From contig JAAWDR010000033.1 of NCBI GenBank assembly GCA_022793875.1, forward strand, positions 50,137 through 114,136: a stretch of 64,000 bases of DNA. Direction: 5' to 3'. A program made the translations under genes and the position numbers. Under the pieces are notes generated by a model. That model was not told the origin of the DNA. It ran no database searches and saw only the letters and a program-made list of their open reading frames with translations. Positions 28,511-39,941 of the stretch are shown piece by piece. Source of the DNA: Clostridia bacterium. GTDB lineage: Bacteria; Bacillota; Clostridia; TANB77; CAG-508. The stretch's first letter is position 1; every line of letters starts with the position of its first letter.

Positions 28511-30883
28511 ATGAAATTAAGTTTAAATTTTGTAAAAGACTATATTGATATAGATGAAAATATAAATGTGCATGAACTAGCAGAAGCAATGACAAAAGCA
28601 GGAAATGAATATGATTCAGCAGAAAAGTTAGTAAATGCAACAAAATTAGTAATAGGAGAAATTAAAGAATGTGAAATGCATCCAGATTCTGACCACCTAC
28701 ATCTGTGTAAAGTGGATATTGGAAGTGAAACATTAAATATAGTATGTGGTGCACCAAATGCCAGAAAAGGAATAAAAGTTATAGTAGCTCAAGTTGGAGC
28801 TGAGTTACCAGGTGATTTTAAAATTAAAAGTGGTATGATTAGAGGTAAAGAATCAAATGGTATGTTATGTGCTTTATATGAAATAGGAATAGACAAAAAA
28901 TTCTTATCAGAAGCAGATAAAAATGGAATACATGAATTACCAGCTGACGCACCAATAGGAGAAGACCCAATAAAATATATGAAATTAGATGATAGTGTTG
29001 TAGATTTCGAATTAACAGCAAATAGAGGAGATTTACTTAGTATATTAGGTATGGCTTATGAATTAGGGGCAATTTATGATAAAAAAGTAAAACCAGTTGA
29101 GATTTCATATAAAGAAAATGGGGAAGAGATAAACAAGGAATTTTCAATAGGAATAGAAACAGAAAATTGTAAATTATTTTTAGCAAAAAAAGCTAAAAAT
29201 GTGACTATAAAAGAAAGTCCGGATTTTATAAAAAATAGATTAATTGCATCTGGAATAAGACCTATTAATAATGTTGTAGATATAAGTAACTATGTAATGA
29301 TAGAATTAGGTCAACCATTACATTTCTATGATGCTGAGAATTTAGGAGACAAAATAGTTGTAAGAATGGCACAAGAAGGAGAAAAACTAACGACACTTGA
29401 TAATATAGAAAGAACATTAACATCAGAAGATATAGCAATTACAGATGGTAAGAAAGCAATAGGATTAGCAGGTGTTATGGGTGGACTAGACACAGAAGTA
29501 GAAGAAACAACTAAAAATATTGTAATAGAAGCAGCAATATTTGATTCAGTAAAAGTAAGAAAAACATCAAATAAAATCTTAAGAAGTGAAGCAAGTAATA
29601 GATTTGAAAAAGGCTTAGACCCAGCAAGAACATATATGGCAATAGATAGAGCATGCACATTACTTGAAAAATATGCTGATGCAGAAATAGTTACAGGAGT
29701 AGTTAAATATGATGTAACAGATAATAAAGAAAAGGTAATTGAAATAACATATCAAGAAATAAATGATGTGCTAGGAACAAATATATCAAAAGAAGATATA
29801 ATAGATGTATTTAGAAAACTAGACTTCAAAACTGAAGCAAAAGAAAATTCAGTAATTGTAACAGTACCAACAAGAAGAATAGACATATCAATTAGAGCAG
29901 ACTTAATAGAAGAAGTTGGAAGAATTTATGGAGTTGATAATATACAAGGAAAATTGCCAGTAGTACCAATGAGAATGGGACACTTAGACAAAACAACAAG
30001 AAAAATAAGAGCAAAAATGTCAAATATGGGACTAAGCGAAACATTATCATATATATTAATAAATGATAAAGATGTTCATAAATTCACAGTAGATGAATTT
30101 GAAGAAGTAAAATTACTAGATCCAATAACAGAAGAGAGAAATACTTTAAGATATAGTATTATACCATCATTATATAAAATATATGAATATAATAGAGCAA
30201 GAGAAAACAAAGATATTTGTCTTTTCGAAATAGGAAAAGGGTTCTGGAAAAGAAATGGAGAATATGGAGAAAATCAAAAAATATGTGTACTAATGTCAGG
30301 TGAATATTATACAGGAATAGGACACAATAAAAACGTTGATTTTTATGATATTAAAGGTGTTGCAGAAGAGTTATTAGATTATTTAGGCTATGAAAATAGA
30401 TATAGTTTTGTAATGCCAAAGAAAATGATATCAGAATTTCATCCAGGTCAAGTAGCAGAGATTTCAGTAAATAATGATATTGTTGGTGTTGTAGGAAGAA
30501 TACATCCATCAATTGAAAAAGAATCAGTTTATGTAATGGAAATAAATTTAGACAAATTATTAGAAAAAAGAGTTGGAAAAATGAAATTTAAAGAAATTTC
30601 AAAATTTCCTGTTGTTAAAAAAGATATAGCAGTTTTAGTAAGTAAAGATATGATATCAAAAGATGTTGAAGCTTTAATTAAGAAAAAAGCTGGAAAACTA
30701 TTAGTAGATATTAAAGTTTTTGATGTATATGAAGGTAAAAATATTGATGAAAATATGAGAAGTATTGCTTATTCTTTGACATTTGGTGCTCAAGATAGAA
30801 CTTTAAATGATGATGAAATTAATTCTATTTTAGATGGAATTATTAAAGATTTAGAGAATAAAGGAATTGAAATTAGAAAATAG
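28511..30883 (+). CDS. pheT: Phenylalanine--tRNA ligase beta subunit
   Basis: tRNA-binding N-terminal domain, B3/B4, B5 and FDX-ACB domains; about 790 aa. ATG 28511 after AAAGGATGG is preferred over the listed 28493. Confidence 0.9.
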   Translation: MKLSLNFVKDYIDIDENINVHELAEAMTKAGNEYDSAEKLVNATKLVIGEIKECEMHPDSDHLHLCKVDIGSETLNIVCGAPNARKGIKVIVAQVGAELPGDFKIKSGMIRGKESNGMLCALYEIGIDKKFLSEADKNGIHELPADAPIGEDPIKYMKLDDSVVDFELTANRGDLLSILGMAYELGAIYDKKVKPVEISYKENGEEINKEFSIGIETENCKLFLAKKAKNVTIKESPDFIKNRLIASGIRPINNVVDISNYVMIELGQPLHFYDAENLGDKIVVRMAQEGEKLTTLDNIERTLTSEDIAITDGKKAIGLAGVMGGLDTEVEETTKNIVIEAAIFDSVKVRKTSNKILRSEASNRFEKGLDPARTYMAIDRACTLLEKYADAEIVTGVVKYDVTDNKEKVIEITYQEINDVLGTNISKEDIIDVFRKLDFKTEAKENSVIVTVPTRRIDISIRADLIEEVGRIYGVDNIQGKLPVVPMRMGHLDKTTRKIRAKMSNMGLSETLSYILINDKDVHKFTVDEFEEVKLLDPITEERNTLRYSIIPSLYKIYEYNRARENKDICLFEIGKGFWKRNGEYGENQKICVLMSGEYYTGIGHNKNVDFYDIKGVAEELLDYLGYENRYSFVMPKKMISEFHPGQVAEISVNNDIVGVVGRIHPSIEKESVYVMEINLDKLLEKRVGKMKFKEISKFPVVKKDIAVLVSKDMISKDVEALIKKKAGKLLVDIKVFDVYEGKNIDENMRSIAYSLTFGAQDRTLNDDEINSILDGIIKDLENKGIEIRK

Positions 30884-31044
30884 TTTGCAATTTTATGTAA
30901 AATAATGTGAATGCTTATTACCAAAAGTGCATGGTGCTTGTGGGCACTTTTAATACCTGCTGGCATTGAATTTAAATCTGGTTCTACTTCTGAAAGTGAT
31001 GATGAAGAAGATGCTGATAGATTTGAAGATGACCTGAAGTAAAA

Positions 31045-31085
31045 AAATAAAACCTGTAAATTCGAAAATTGAATTTGCAGGTTTT
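31045..31085 (+). terminator. Rho-independent terminator after the pheST operon
   Basis: AACCTGTAAATTCGAAAATTGAATTTGCAGGTT + TTTTT. A second hairpin AAAAGTGC..GCACTTTT lies at 30933-30962. Confidence 0.7.
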
Positions 31086-31230
31086 TAAAGTTAGAGTTCA
31101 TAAAAAATAAAAATTTTTATTGAGCTATAAACATTATATAAAAATATTAAAGATAAAAAAATTCCTTGACAAATCAACATCATTATTGATAATATAATTA
31201 TACTAAGACAGAAGAAAGAGATGGAAAAAA

Positions 31231-31750
31231 ATGAAAACATTATATCCAAATTTATATTTAAAAAAAGTAGAAGATATAACAATAGAAATGTTAATGAAAA
31301 ATAAAATAAAACTACTAATATTAGATGTAGACAACACACTAATAGACTACTATAAAAACTTATCAGAAGAAGTAATAAAATGGGCAAAAGAAATGAGAGG
31401 GCAAGGAATAAAACTATATATATTATCAAACACTAATAACAAAGAAAAAGTAGAAAAAGTAGCCCAAAAATTAGAAATACGATATAAACACTTTGCAATG
31501 AAACCACTAAAAAAGGGATTTAAAAAAATAGAAAAAGAAACAAATATAAAACCAGAAAACATAGCAGTAGTAGGAGACCAAATATTTACAGACATAATAG
31601 GGCGGAAACAGAAGTAAAATGTTCACAATATTAGTAGATCCAATAGATGAAAAAAAGGAATATTGGTATACAGCATGGAAAAGACCAATAGAAAATAAAA
31701 TAAAAAACAAATACAAAACAAAAGAGGAGAAAAAGAAAAATGTATATTAA
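31231..31750 (+). CDS. yqeG: YqeG-family HAD-IIIA phosphatase, interrupted by a +1 frame change at CGG (31603-31605)
   Basis: ILDVDNTL, VGDQIFTDIIG in frame 0. Conserved ..GNRSKMFTILVDPI.. continues in the +1 frame, overlapping the GG of the CGG codon, and runs to the stop at 31748-31750. Confidence 0.75.
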
Positions 31751-32493
31751 TGAAACAAACATATGGTACTATGCAATTGTAGCAATATTAGGGCTATTTG
31801 TCGGGATGCTTGTAGACTGGATGAACAAAAGATTACCAGACTACAAAAAAGTATTTTCAAAAGAAATATTCACAGAATATTTTGCAGAATTTAAACCAAA
31901 CTATATATTAATGCTAGTAACATCAGTAATATATATAGGATTAGTATACTATTATGGAATACAAGAAACATTCATAGCAAACTTAAGCTTAATAAAATTT
32001 ATAATATTAACACCAATGTTATTGTCAGCATTTGTAATAGATTATAAATTACAAATAATACCAAACAGACTAAATCTAACAATGTTTGAAATAGGATTAG
32101 TAATAGCTTTTTTATATGGACTATCAGATGTAGCTATAACAATAAATATGATATTAGGAATGTTTGTAGGAGGAGGAATATTCTTACTAATAACATTAAT
32201 AGGACGGAGCAATATATGGAAAAGAAGCAATGGGATTTGGGGATGTAAAACTAATGGGAGCTATTCGGAATATATTTTGGACTATCAAATATAATAGTAA
32301 TCACATTATTATCATTCCTAATTGGAGCAATATTAAGTATATTATTATTAGCAACAAAAATAAAAAAAATGGATGAATATATACCATTTGGACCATTTAT
32401 TGTTTTTGGAACATTTATAAGTATATTTGTACCATTTGAAATAATAAAAAATACATTATTAATGATTTTTACATTGGGAATGTATAGGTAAAA
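31740..32493 (+). CDS. pilD: Prepilin peptidase PilD (A24 family), interrupted by two +1 frame changes at CGG codons (32205-32207 and 32266-32268)
   Basis: Frame 0 ..MFVGGGIFLLITLIG; then +1 GAIYGKEAMGFGDVKLMGAI; then +1 again GIYFGLSNIIVITLLSFLIGAIL...GMYR. Together these rebuild a complete PilD with the conserved GFGDVKL. Confidence 0.8.
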
Positions 32494-32514
32494 AAATATT
32501 AGGGGGAGTTTATA

Positions 32515-33573
32515 ATGAATTTAAAGCTACAATGGCTAAAAAATAAAATGCTAAGCTTAAATTTGCAAGGAATGATAATATCGAATCCAACAAATATAAA
32601 ATATTTAACAAATATAGAAGCAGAAGGAACATTAATAATAACTCCAAAAGAAAATATTTATATAACAGATGGAAGATATATAGAATATGTACACAGTATA
32701 CTAACATTATTTGATGAGATAATAGTATATAATGTAAATGATATATCAAAAGAAGACTATGAAAACTTTTTCATGTTTTGTGAAAATATAGGATTTGAAG
32801 AAAATTATATATCATATGCAACATATAAAGAATATATTAGAAAATTTAAAATTAATAATTTTGTTGAGACAGAACATATAATAGAAAAACAAAGAATGAT
32901 TAAAGATGAAGAAGAACTAAGTAATATAATAAAAGCATGTAATATAACAGATGAATGTTTCAAATACATAATAAGTTATATAAAACCAGGAATGACAGAA
33001 AAACAAATAGCAAAAGAAATAGATGAATATTACACAGAAAGAACAGACGGAATATCATTTGAAACAATAGTAGCATCAGGAGAAAACTCATCAAAACCAC
33101 ATGCAGTACCATCAAATAGAAAAATACAAAATCAAGATATCATTACAATAGATATGGGATGTAAAGTAAATGGATATTGTTCAGACATGACAAGAACAAT
33201 ATTTGTAGGCGAACCAACAGAAGAAATGAAAAAAGTATATGACTTAGTATTAAACAATCAAAAATTTGCATTAGACCAATATAAAGAAGGATGTAGTACA
33301 AGACAAGTAACAAAATTAGTTGAAAATGACTTCAAATTAAATGGACATGACTTAATACACAGTTTAGGACATGGAGTAGGATTAGAAATACATGAACCAC
33401 CATATATAAGTTATAGAAATGATGCACAACTAAAGGAAAATATGGTAGTAACAGACGAACCAGGAATATATATTCCAGGAAAATTTGGAGTAAGAATAGA
33501 AGATACAGTTCAGATAACAAAATTTGGCTGTATAAGCTTAACAAAATCTGAGAAAAATTATATTATAATATAA
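32515..33573 (+). CDS. pepP: M24-family Xaa-Pro aminopeptidase/dipeptidase
   Basis: HSLGHGVGLEIHE, metal ligands D/D/H/E/E; 352 aa; GGGGGAG RBS. Confidence 0.85.
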   Translation: MNLKLQWLKNKMLSLNLQGMIISNPTNIKYLTNIEAEGTLIITPKENIYITDGRYIEYVHSILTLFDEIIVYNVNDISKEDYENFFMFCENIGFEENYISYATYKEYIRKFKINNFVETEHIIEKQRMIKDEEELSNIIKACNITDECFKYIISYIKPGMTEKQIAKEIDEYYTERTDGISFETIVASGENSSKPHAVPSNRKIQNQDIITIDMGCKVNGYCSDMTRTIFVGEPTEEMKKVYDLVLNNQKFALDQYKEGCSTRQVTKLVENDFKLNGHDLIHSLGHGVGLEIHEPPYISYRNDAQLKENMVVTDEPGIYIPGKFGVRIEDTVQITKFGCISLTKSEKNYIII

Positions 33574-33727
33574 CTTTGTGTCAAAAGGGACGTCCTTTTT
33601 TGACACAAAATTTTAAGGGTTGATTTTTCTAGGAATTTGTAGTAAAATATAAAAAGTAGAAAATAATACTACAACTGTAGGAATTAAAAACTAACAGTTG
33701 TAGCAAAGTATGAAGGGAGAAATAAAA

Positions 33728-34294
33728 ATGGCAGGAGTATTCTCAGCAGGAGATTTTAGAAATGGAACAACATTTGAAATGGAAGGAAATGTATTTAGAG
33801 TAGTAGAATTTCAACACGTAAAACCAGGAAAGGGTTCAGCATTTGTAAGAACAAAATTAAAAAATGTAATTACAGGAGCAACATTAGAAAAAACATTTAA
33901 CCCATCAGATAAATTCCCAGGAGCAGAAATTGAAAGAAAAACAATGCAATATTTATATGCAGATGGAGATTTATATTATTTTATGGATAACGAAACATAT
34001 GACCAAATGCCTTTAAATAAAGAAACATTAGGTGATTGTTTAAAATACTTAAAAGAAAACATGGAAGTTTCAATATTATCTTATAAAGATAAGGTATTTG
34101 CAGTAGAACCACCAATATTTGTTGAATTAGAAGTTACATATACAGAACCAGGATTTGCAGGAAATACAACAACAACATCTGGAAAACCAGCAACATTAGA
34201 AACAGGATTAGAATTACAAGTTCCAATGTTTGTAAACATAGGTGATGTATTAAGAATAGATACAAGAACATGTGAGTATATGGAAAGGGTATAG
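33728..34294 (+). CDS. efp: Elongation factor P
   Basis: [13 protein letters not shown].., [15 protein letters not shown]; about 188 aa. RBS GAAGGGAG precedes ATG 33728. Confidence 0.9.
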   Translation: MAGVFSAGDFRNGTTFEMEGNVFRVVEFQHVKPGKGSAFVRTKLKNVITGATLEKTFNPSDKFPGAEIERKTMQYLYADGDLYYFMDNETYDQMPLNKETLGDCLKYLKENMEVSILSYKDKVFAVEPPIFVELEVTYTEPGFAGNTTTTSGKPATLETGLELQVPMFVNIGDVLRIDTRTCEYMERV

Positions 34295-34303
34295 GTGTAA
34301 ATC

Positions 34304-34657
34304 ATGAGTGATTTAAATCAACAAATAGAAAAACTTTTAAAGGAAATGCAAGAAATTAAAGAAAATCAAAAAGAAATGAATAACAAGATGGAAAAAATGC
34401 AAGATGTTATAAATCATATTGAAAGTGATATATATTCTGATGAAGGTTTTGATTTTGAAATAGTTTGTCCTTATTGTGAACATGAATTTGTTATTGGAGT
34501 AGATGAGGAAAAATCAGAAATTGAATGTCCAGAATGTAAAAATATAATTGAATTAGATTGGTCAGGAGATTTATGTGACTGCGAAGATGATGAATGTTCA
34601 GGACATTGTCATGGATGTTCAGGTTGCGAAGATTCTGATGAAGATGATGATATGTAA
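34304..34657 (+). CDS. Hypothetical zinc-ribbon protein with acidic Cys-rich tail
   Basis: CPYC..CPEC zinc ribbon, then CDCEDDECSGHCHGCSGCEDSDEDDDM; 117 aa. Confidence 0.55.
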   Translation: MSDLNQQIEKLLKEMQEIKENQKEMNNKMEKMQDVINHIESDIYSDEGFDFEIVCPYCEHEFVIGVDEEKSEIECPECKNIIELDWSGDLCDCEDDECSGHCHGCSGCEDSDEDDDM

Positions 34658-34709
34658 TTAAAAATTAATAAAAGTAACTCGTAAACATAATTGTTAAGGA
34701 GGTAGAAAA

Positions 34710-35003
34710 ATGGAAGCAAATAGAATGTTTTTTGATTGTGATGAGGTTGTAAAAATTCGGTTTTTAGGAGATACTTACAGAATAACTAAAAATGAAATAA
34801 CAAAGTATTTTCAGAAAAAGCCAAAATCAGAAATTAGTTTAACAGAAGAAGCACTTTATTTTTATTTACCATTTTTAATATCTATTGAATATGTAAAGGA
34901 CATTATAGGTAATGCTATGATTACTTTGTTTCCAATAAATGTTAGAATGGAAATAACTGAAGAGTTATTTAAATTTTTAGTATCTGGAGAAAAGATAGAA
35001 TAA
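34710..35003 (+). CDS. Hypothetical protein (97 aa)
   Basis: Strong AGGAGG RBS. Contains an in-frame CGG at about 34764 that is read through (see findings). Confidence 0.5.
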   Translation: MEANRMFFDCDEVVKIRFLGDTYRITKNEITKYFQKKPKSEISLTEEALYFYLPFLISIEYVKDIIGNAMITLFPINVRMEITEELFKFLVSGEKIE

Positions 35004-35063
35004 CATTAAATTTGTTACATTAAAGGAGAGAAAGAATTTGTTTCTTTTTCTCCTTTTCCTATC

Positions 35064-35691
35064 TTAAAAATAATTCAAAGGATTAACGTAATTTCCATCA
35101 ACTCTAAAACCGTAAATGAAGATGACAACCGAGTAGTAGCACCGATTAGTAGGCTTACCAGAAGAATCTGAATACAAATTACCAGGAACACCATAAACAT
35201 ATTTTGGACCAACATAACCGAATAACTTGACCTTCTTTAACAAAATCGCCAACAGAAACAATAAAATTAGGGGAAACATGACAATAAGAAACTTTAAAAT
35301 TATCAAAAGAAAGAGTAATAGTATAACCACCAGCACCTAAAAAAGAACGAAAAGTAATTTCACCATCATTAACAGCAATTAGTTTAGTGCCTTCAGGAGC
35401 AGGAATATCAGTGCCATAATGAAAACTAGAAGCACCACTAGTAGGAGCATTTCTCTTACCAAAAGGAGAACTTATACTAGTATAGCCTGGAATAGGCCAA
35501 ACAAAGCCATTAGAATTGAAATTAAGAAATTCTTTATTGGAATTATTACTAGAAATACTTTCATTTTGAATTATAGGAATAAAAAATATAGAAATAAAAA
35601 TTGAAAATAAAATAATAAATAATAAAATGTTTCGAAATAGTTTTGAAATATATATCACCATCCTTTTAATATAATTAGAAAATGATAACAA
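35064..35691 (-). CDS. Membrane-anchored M23 peptidase, interrupted by a +1 frame change at CGG (minus-strand codon at 35209-35211)
   Basis: Frame A ..WPIPGYTSISSPFGKRN..HYGTDIPAPEGT..VKEGQVI; +1 frame continues GYVGPKYVYGVPGN.. to the stop at 35064. Confidence 0.7.
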
Positions 35692-35700
35692 AAAAAGAGA

Positions 35701-35901
35701 CTAAGCTCTTTTTACTTTACCATCTTTTAAACATTTTGCACAAACTGAAATTCTTTTTGTTTCACCATTTTCCAATATAGCTTTAACACTTCTTAAATTT
35801 GGTTTCCAAGTTCTTGGACTTCTTTTACTTATATGTGAACGAGTAATGCTAAGCTTATTTCCATTACTTTGTGCTTTACCACAAACTGCACATTTAGCCA
35901 T
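35701..35901 (-). CDS. rpmB: 50S ribosomal protein L28
   Basis: MAKCAVCGK..SHSKRR-like L28 sequence; 66 aa. Confidence 0.9.
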   Translation of the reverse strand: MAKCAVCGKAQSNGNKLSITRSHISKRSPRTWKPNLRSVKAILENGETKRISVCAKCLKDGKVKRA

Positions 35902-36002
35902 TATCTTTGCACCTCCTAATTTTTAAAATAAACTGACTATTAACAAGTTTATCACAAAAAAATAAAAAAAACAAGTATTTTTTTGAAAAATATAAAAAAT
36001 AC

Positions 36003-36030
36003 TTGCAAATTAGGAAAAATATGGTATAAT
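36003..36030 (+). promoter_or_regulatory. Sigma-A-type promoter upstream of tig
   Basis: TTGCAA - 16 nt - TATAAT, about 60 nt upstream of the tig start. Confidence 0.5.
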
Positions 36031-36087
36031 AGAATAGCTATAAAAATTAGAATATAAATAACTAAAATTTGAAAGGATTGAAAAACA

Positions 36088-37374
36088 ATGAATTATAAAG
36101 TTGAAAAAACAGAAAACGCAAATGAAGTAAAGTTAGAGTTAACAATAGAAGCTCAAAAATTTGATGAAGCAATAAAAAAAGTATATTTCCAAAGTGCAAA
36201 ATACTTCAATATACCAGGATTTAGAAAAGGAAAAGCACCATTAAATATAGTAGAAAAATATTATGGAAAAGAAATTTTCTATGAAGATGCTTTTAATGAA
36301 GTAGCACCAGTTGAAATGGAAAAAGCATTAAAAGAAAATAATATAGAAGTAGTAAGTAAAGCAGATATAGATGTAAAACAAATAGAAAAAGGAAAAGACT
36401 TAATATTTACAGCAATATTCCAAACAAAACCAGAAGCAGAACTTGGAAAATATAAAGGTATAGAAATACCAAAAATAGAGTATACTGTATCAGATGAAGA
36501 TATAAACCATGAATTATCACATATGCAAGAACACAACTCAAGACTAATATCAGTAGAAGATAGAGCAGTAGAAAGTGGAGACACAACAGTAATAGACTTT
36601 GAAGGATTTGTTGATGGTGTAGCATTTGAAGGTGGAAAAGCAGAAGGACATGAATTAGAAATAGGAAGCAACACATTTATACCAGGATTTGAAGATCAAA
36701 TAATTGGAATGAAAATAGATGAAGAAAAAGATATAAATGTAAAATTTCCAGAAGAATATTTCTCAAAAGATTTAGCTGGAAAAGATGCAACATTTAAAGT
36801 AAAATTACATGAAATAAAGAAAAAAGAACTACCAGAATTAGATGACGAATTTGCAAAAGACGTAAGTGAATTTGATACATTAGAAGAATTAAAGAAAAGT
36901 ATCAAAGAAAAAATGGAAAAAGAAAATGAACAAAAACAAAAATATGAAACAGAAGATGCTGTAATCAAAGCAGTATGTGAAAATGTTAAAGTAGAAATTC
37001 CATCAGGAATGGTAGAATTAGAAACAGAAGATATGTTAAAAAATGTAGAAAATAGACTTTCATATCAAGGACTAAAATTAGAACAATATCTTCAAATGAT
37101 GGGAAAAACAGCTGAAGAAGTTAAAAAAGAATATGAACCTCAAGCAATTGAAGCTATAAAATCAAGATTAATGTTAGAAGCAGTAATAAAAGCAGAAAAA
37201 ATAGAAGCAACAGAAGACGAAATAGTAGAAAAAGTAAAAGAAATGGCTAAAAATTATGGAAAACCAGATGACGAAGAATTCTTAAAAAATGAAAATGTAA
37301 GAAAATACATAAAAAGTGGATTAGAATCAGAAAAAGCTTTAGAATTTTTAGTAAAAAATGCAAAAATAAAATAA
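36088..37374 (+). CDS. tig: Trigger factor
   Basis: GFRKGKAP ribosome-binding signature, PPIase domain; 428 aa. Confidence 0.9.
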   Translation: MNYKVEKTENANEVKLELTIEAQKFDEAIKKVYFQSAKYFNIPGFRKGKAPLNIVEKYYGKEIFYEDAFNEVAPVEMEKALKENNIEVVSKADIDVKQIEKGKDLIFTAIFQTKPEAELGKYKGIEIPKIEYTVSDEDINHELSHMQEHNSRLISVEDRAVESGDTTVIDFEGFVDGVAFEGGKAEGHELEIGSNTFIPGFEDQIIGMKIDEEKDINVKFPEEYFSKDLAGKDATFKVKLHEIKKKELPELDDEFAKDVSEFDTLEELKKSIKEKMEKENEQKQKYETEDAVIKAVCENVKVEIPSGMVELETEDMLKNVENRLSYQGLKLEQYLQMMGKTAEEVKKEYEPQAIEAIKSRLMLEAVIKAEKIEATEDEIVEKVKEMAKNYGKPDDEEFLKNENVRKYIKSGLESEKALEFLVKNAKIK

Positions 37375-37552
37375 GATATAAAAAATAGAAATGATTGGGG
37401 TGAAAATAGTAAATTAAATTCATGCCAATCATTTTTAAGTAAAATTAAAGTTACTAGTTTTAAGTCAAAAGTTGAATATTAAAAGTTATATATCAAATGT
37501 TAGAAGTCTGATGTTAAAGTTAAACTTTTTGACAGATTTAGGAGGAAAAAGA

Positions 37553-38164
37553 ATGTTAGAAAAAAATAGTTTAGTACCTTATGTAATTGAACAAACAAGT
37601 AAAGGAGAAAGATCATACGATATATTCTCAAGATTATTAAAAGATAGAATAATATTTTTAGGAGAAGATGTAAATGCAACATCAGCAAGTTTAGTAATAG
37701 CACAATTACTATTCTTAGAATCAGAAGACCCAGATAAAGAAATATTCTTATATATAAACTCACCAGGAGGGTCAATAACAGACGGAATGGGAATAGTAGA
37801 CACAATGAATTACATCAAATGTCCAGTAACAACAATATGTGTAGGATTAGCAGCAAGCTTTGGAGCAGTATTATTAGCAAATGGTGAAAAAGGAAAAAGA
37901 TTTGCAACACCAAACTCTGAAATATTAATACATCAACCATTAATAGGAGGTCAAGGTGGAGGAATTTCAGGTCAAGCAACTGAAATAAAAATCCATGCAG
38001 ACCATATGATAAGAACAAGAGAAAAATTAAATAAATTATTAAGTGAAAAAACAGGTCAACCAATAGATGTAATAGAAAGAGATACAGAAAGAGACCATTA
38101 TATGACAGCACAAGAAGCTTTAGAATATGGACTAATTGATGGTATTATGGATAAAAGAATATAA
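37553..38164 (+). CDS. clpP: ATP-dependent Clp protease proteolytic subunit
   Basis: Catalytic triad context GLAASMG, HQP, D. GGAGGAAAAAGA RBS precedes ATG 37553; the listed ORF starts too far upstream. Confidence 0.9.
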   Translation: MLEKNSLVPYVIEQTSKGERSYDIFSRLLKDRIIFLGEDVNATSASLVIAQLLFLESEDPDKEIFLYINSPGGSITDGMGIVDTMNYIKCPVTTICVGLAASFGAVLLANGEKGKRFATPNSEILIHQPLIGGQGGGISGQATEIKIHADHMIRTREKLNKLLSEKTGQPIDVIERDTERDHYMTAQEALEYGLIDGIMDKRI

Positions 38165-38185
38165 TAATGAAGGGAAAGAAAAAGT

Positions 38186-39505
38186 ATGGCTAAAAATGAT
38201 GTGCCAAAAAATGTAAGATGTTCATTTTGTGGAAAATCACAAGAAAGTGTAAAAAGAATAGTTGCAGGACCAGGAGTATATATATGCGATGAATGTGTTG
38301 ATTTATGTACAAGTATAATAGCAGCTGAAGTATATGATGAAGAAGAAGTAGGATATACATTAAATAACTTAGACAAAATACCTAGTCCAAAAGAAATAAA
38401 GAAAATATTAGATGAATATGTAATAGGTCAAGAAGAAGCAAAAAGAACATTATCAGTAGCAGTATATAATCATTATAAAAGAATAGCACATGAAGACAAT
38501 GATAAAAAAGATGATGTAGAAATACAAAAAAGTAATATATTACTATTAGGACCAACAGGATGTGGGAAAACACTTTTAGCAAGAACACTTGCAAAAATAT
38601 TAAATGTACCATTTGCAATAGCAGATGCAACAACACTTACAGAAGCAGGATATGTTGGAGAAGATGTTGAAAATATTCTATTAAAACTTATACAAGCAGC
38701 AGATGGAGATATACAAAAAGCAGAAAAAGGAATTGTATATATAGATGAAATTGATAAAATAACAAGAAAATCTGAAAATTTATCAATCACAAGAGATGTA
38801 AGTGGAGAAGGAGTACAACAAGCACTATTAAAAATAGTAGAAGGAACAGTAGCATCAGTACCACCACAAGGAGGAAGAAAACATCCAAATCAAGAAATGC
38901 TACAAATAAATACAGAAAATATTTTATTTATTTGTGGAGGAGCATTTGAAGGATTAGAAAATATCATAAAAGAAAGAACAGGTAAAAAGAGTATAGGTTT
39001 TGGAACAAAAATAGAAAGCCAAAAAGAAATCAACAAATATGAAATATTCCAAGAAATGTTGCCACAAGACCTATTAAAATATGGATTAATCCCAGAATTT
39101 ATAGGGAGATTGCCAATAATAGCAACACTTAAAGACTTAGATAAAGACGCATTAATCCAAATAGCAACAGAACCAAAAAATGCGTTAGTAAAACAATATA
39201 AGAAATTATTAGAAATGGATAATGTAGAACTTGAATTTAAGCAAGAAGCTTTAGAAGCAATTGTAGACAAAGCAATAGAAAGAAAAACTGGAGCAAGAGG
39301 ACTTCGTTCAATTATAGAAGAAATAATGAGAGATATTATGTTTGAAATTCCATCAAAACCAAATATTTCAAAATGTATAATAAATAGAGAAACAGTTCTA
39401 AATAAGGTAGAACCAGAGGTAGTAATTGATGAGAATAGACAAACAGAACAACAAGCAAAAGCTAAGAAAAATAGACGTGTTCCAGAAAGCAAAGTAATAG
39501 CATAG
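38186..39505 (+). CDS. clpX: ATP-dependent Clp protease ATP-binding subunit ClpX
   Basis: N-terminal zinc finger CSFCGK..CDEC; Walker A GPTGCGKT; 439 aa. Confidence 0.9.
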   Translation: MAKNDVPKNVRCSFCGKSQESVKRIVAGPGVYICDECVDLCTSIIAAEVYDEEEVGYTLNNLDKIPSPKEIKKILDEYVIGQEEAKRTLSVAVYNHYKRIAHEDNDKKDDVEIQKSNILLLGPTGCGKTLLARTLAKILNVPFAIADATTLTEAGYVGEDVENILLKLIQAADGDIQKAEKGIVYIDEIDKITRKSENLSITRDVSGEGVQQALLKIVEGTVASVPPQGGRKHPNQEMLQINTENILFICGGAFEGLENIIKERTGKKSIGFGTKIESQKEINKYEIFQEMLPQDLLKYGLIPEFIGRLPIIATLKDLDKDALIQIATEPKNALVKQYKKLLEMDNVELEFKQEALEAIVDKAIERKTGARGLRSIIEEIMRDIMFEIPSKPNISKCIINRETVLNKVEPEVVIDENRQTEQQAKAKKNRRVPESKVIA

Positions 39506-39577
39506 AAAAAAATTGGAAAGTATAGTATTATTATATAAAGTAAAAAAGACAGAAGCATCTGTCTTTTTTAGAGGAAA

Positions 39578-39739
39578 ATTATGCATAAATCCGATTACCA
39601 AGAACATACAAATTCTGAAATCTTCCACGATTTTGAAAATTAGTTGATACATCAATTTCTTGTAAAAATTTTTCTAAAGCATTAAAAGCATCAAAAAAAG
39701 AATCAAATTCGGTTACTAACAGTTCGTCAAGTGTTTTCA
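39578..39739 (-). CDS. Small hypothetical protein (about 53 aa) convergent with clpX
   Basis: Strong RBS AAAGGAGGAAAAG 6 nt before the ATG. Product MKTLDELLVTEFDSFFDAFNALEKFLQEIDVSTNFQNRGRFQNLYVLGNRIYA. Shares the clpX terminator hairpin. Confidence 0.4.
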
Positions 39740-39941
39740 TAACTTTTCCTCCTTTTCTATATTAAGATAGTATTATATTAATATAAAATAAATGAAAAGT
39801 CTGTCGAAACGTGAAGTTTTAATAAAAAATATTAATTTTCAATAAAAATTTTATTGAAAAAAAGAAAAAGATAATGTATAATGTTTGCGTAGCAATAGTA
39901 AAAGTAACTTGTAAACAATAATTTGTTAAGGAGGAGAAAAA

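Noticed and set aside
30911-31042. 44-aa plus-strand ORF (MLITKSAWCLWALLIPAGIEF...EDDLK) between the two pheT terminators
   Set aside because: No Shine-Dalgarno. It overlaps the first terminator hairpin and more likely represents terminator/3'UTR sequence. Kept only as a low-probability small protein.
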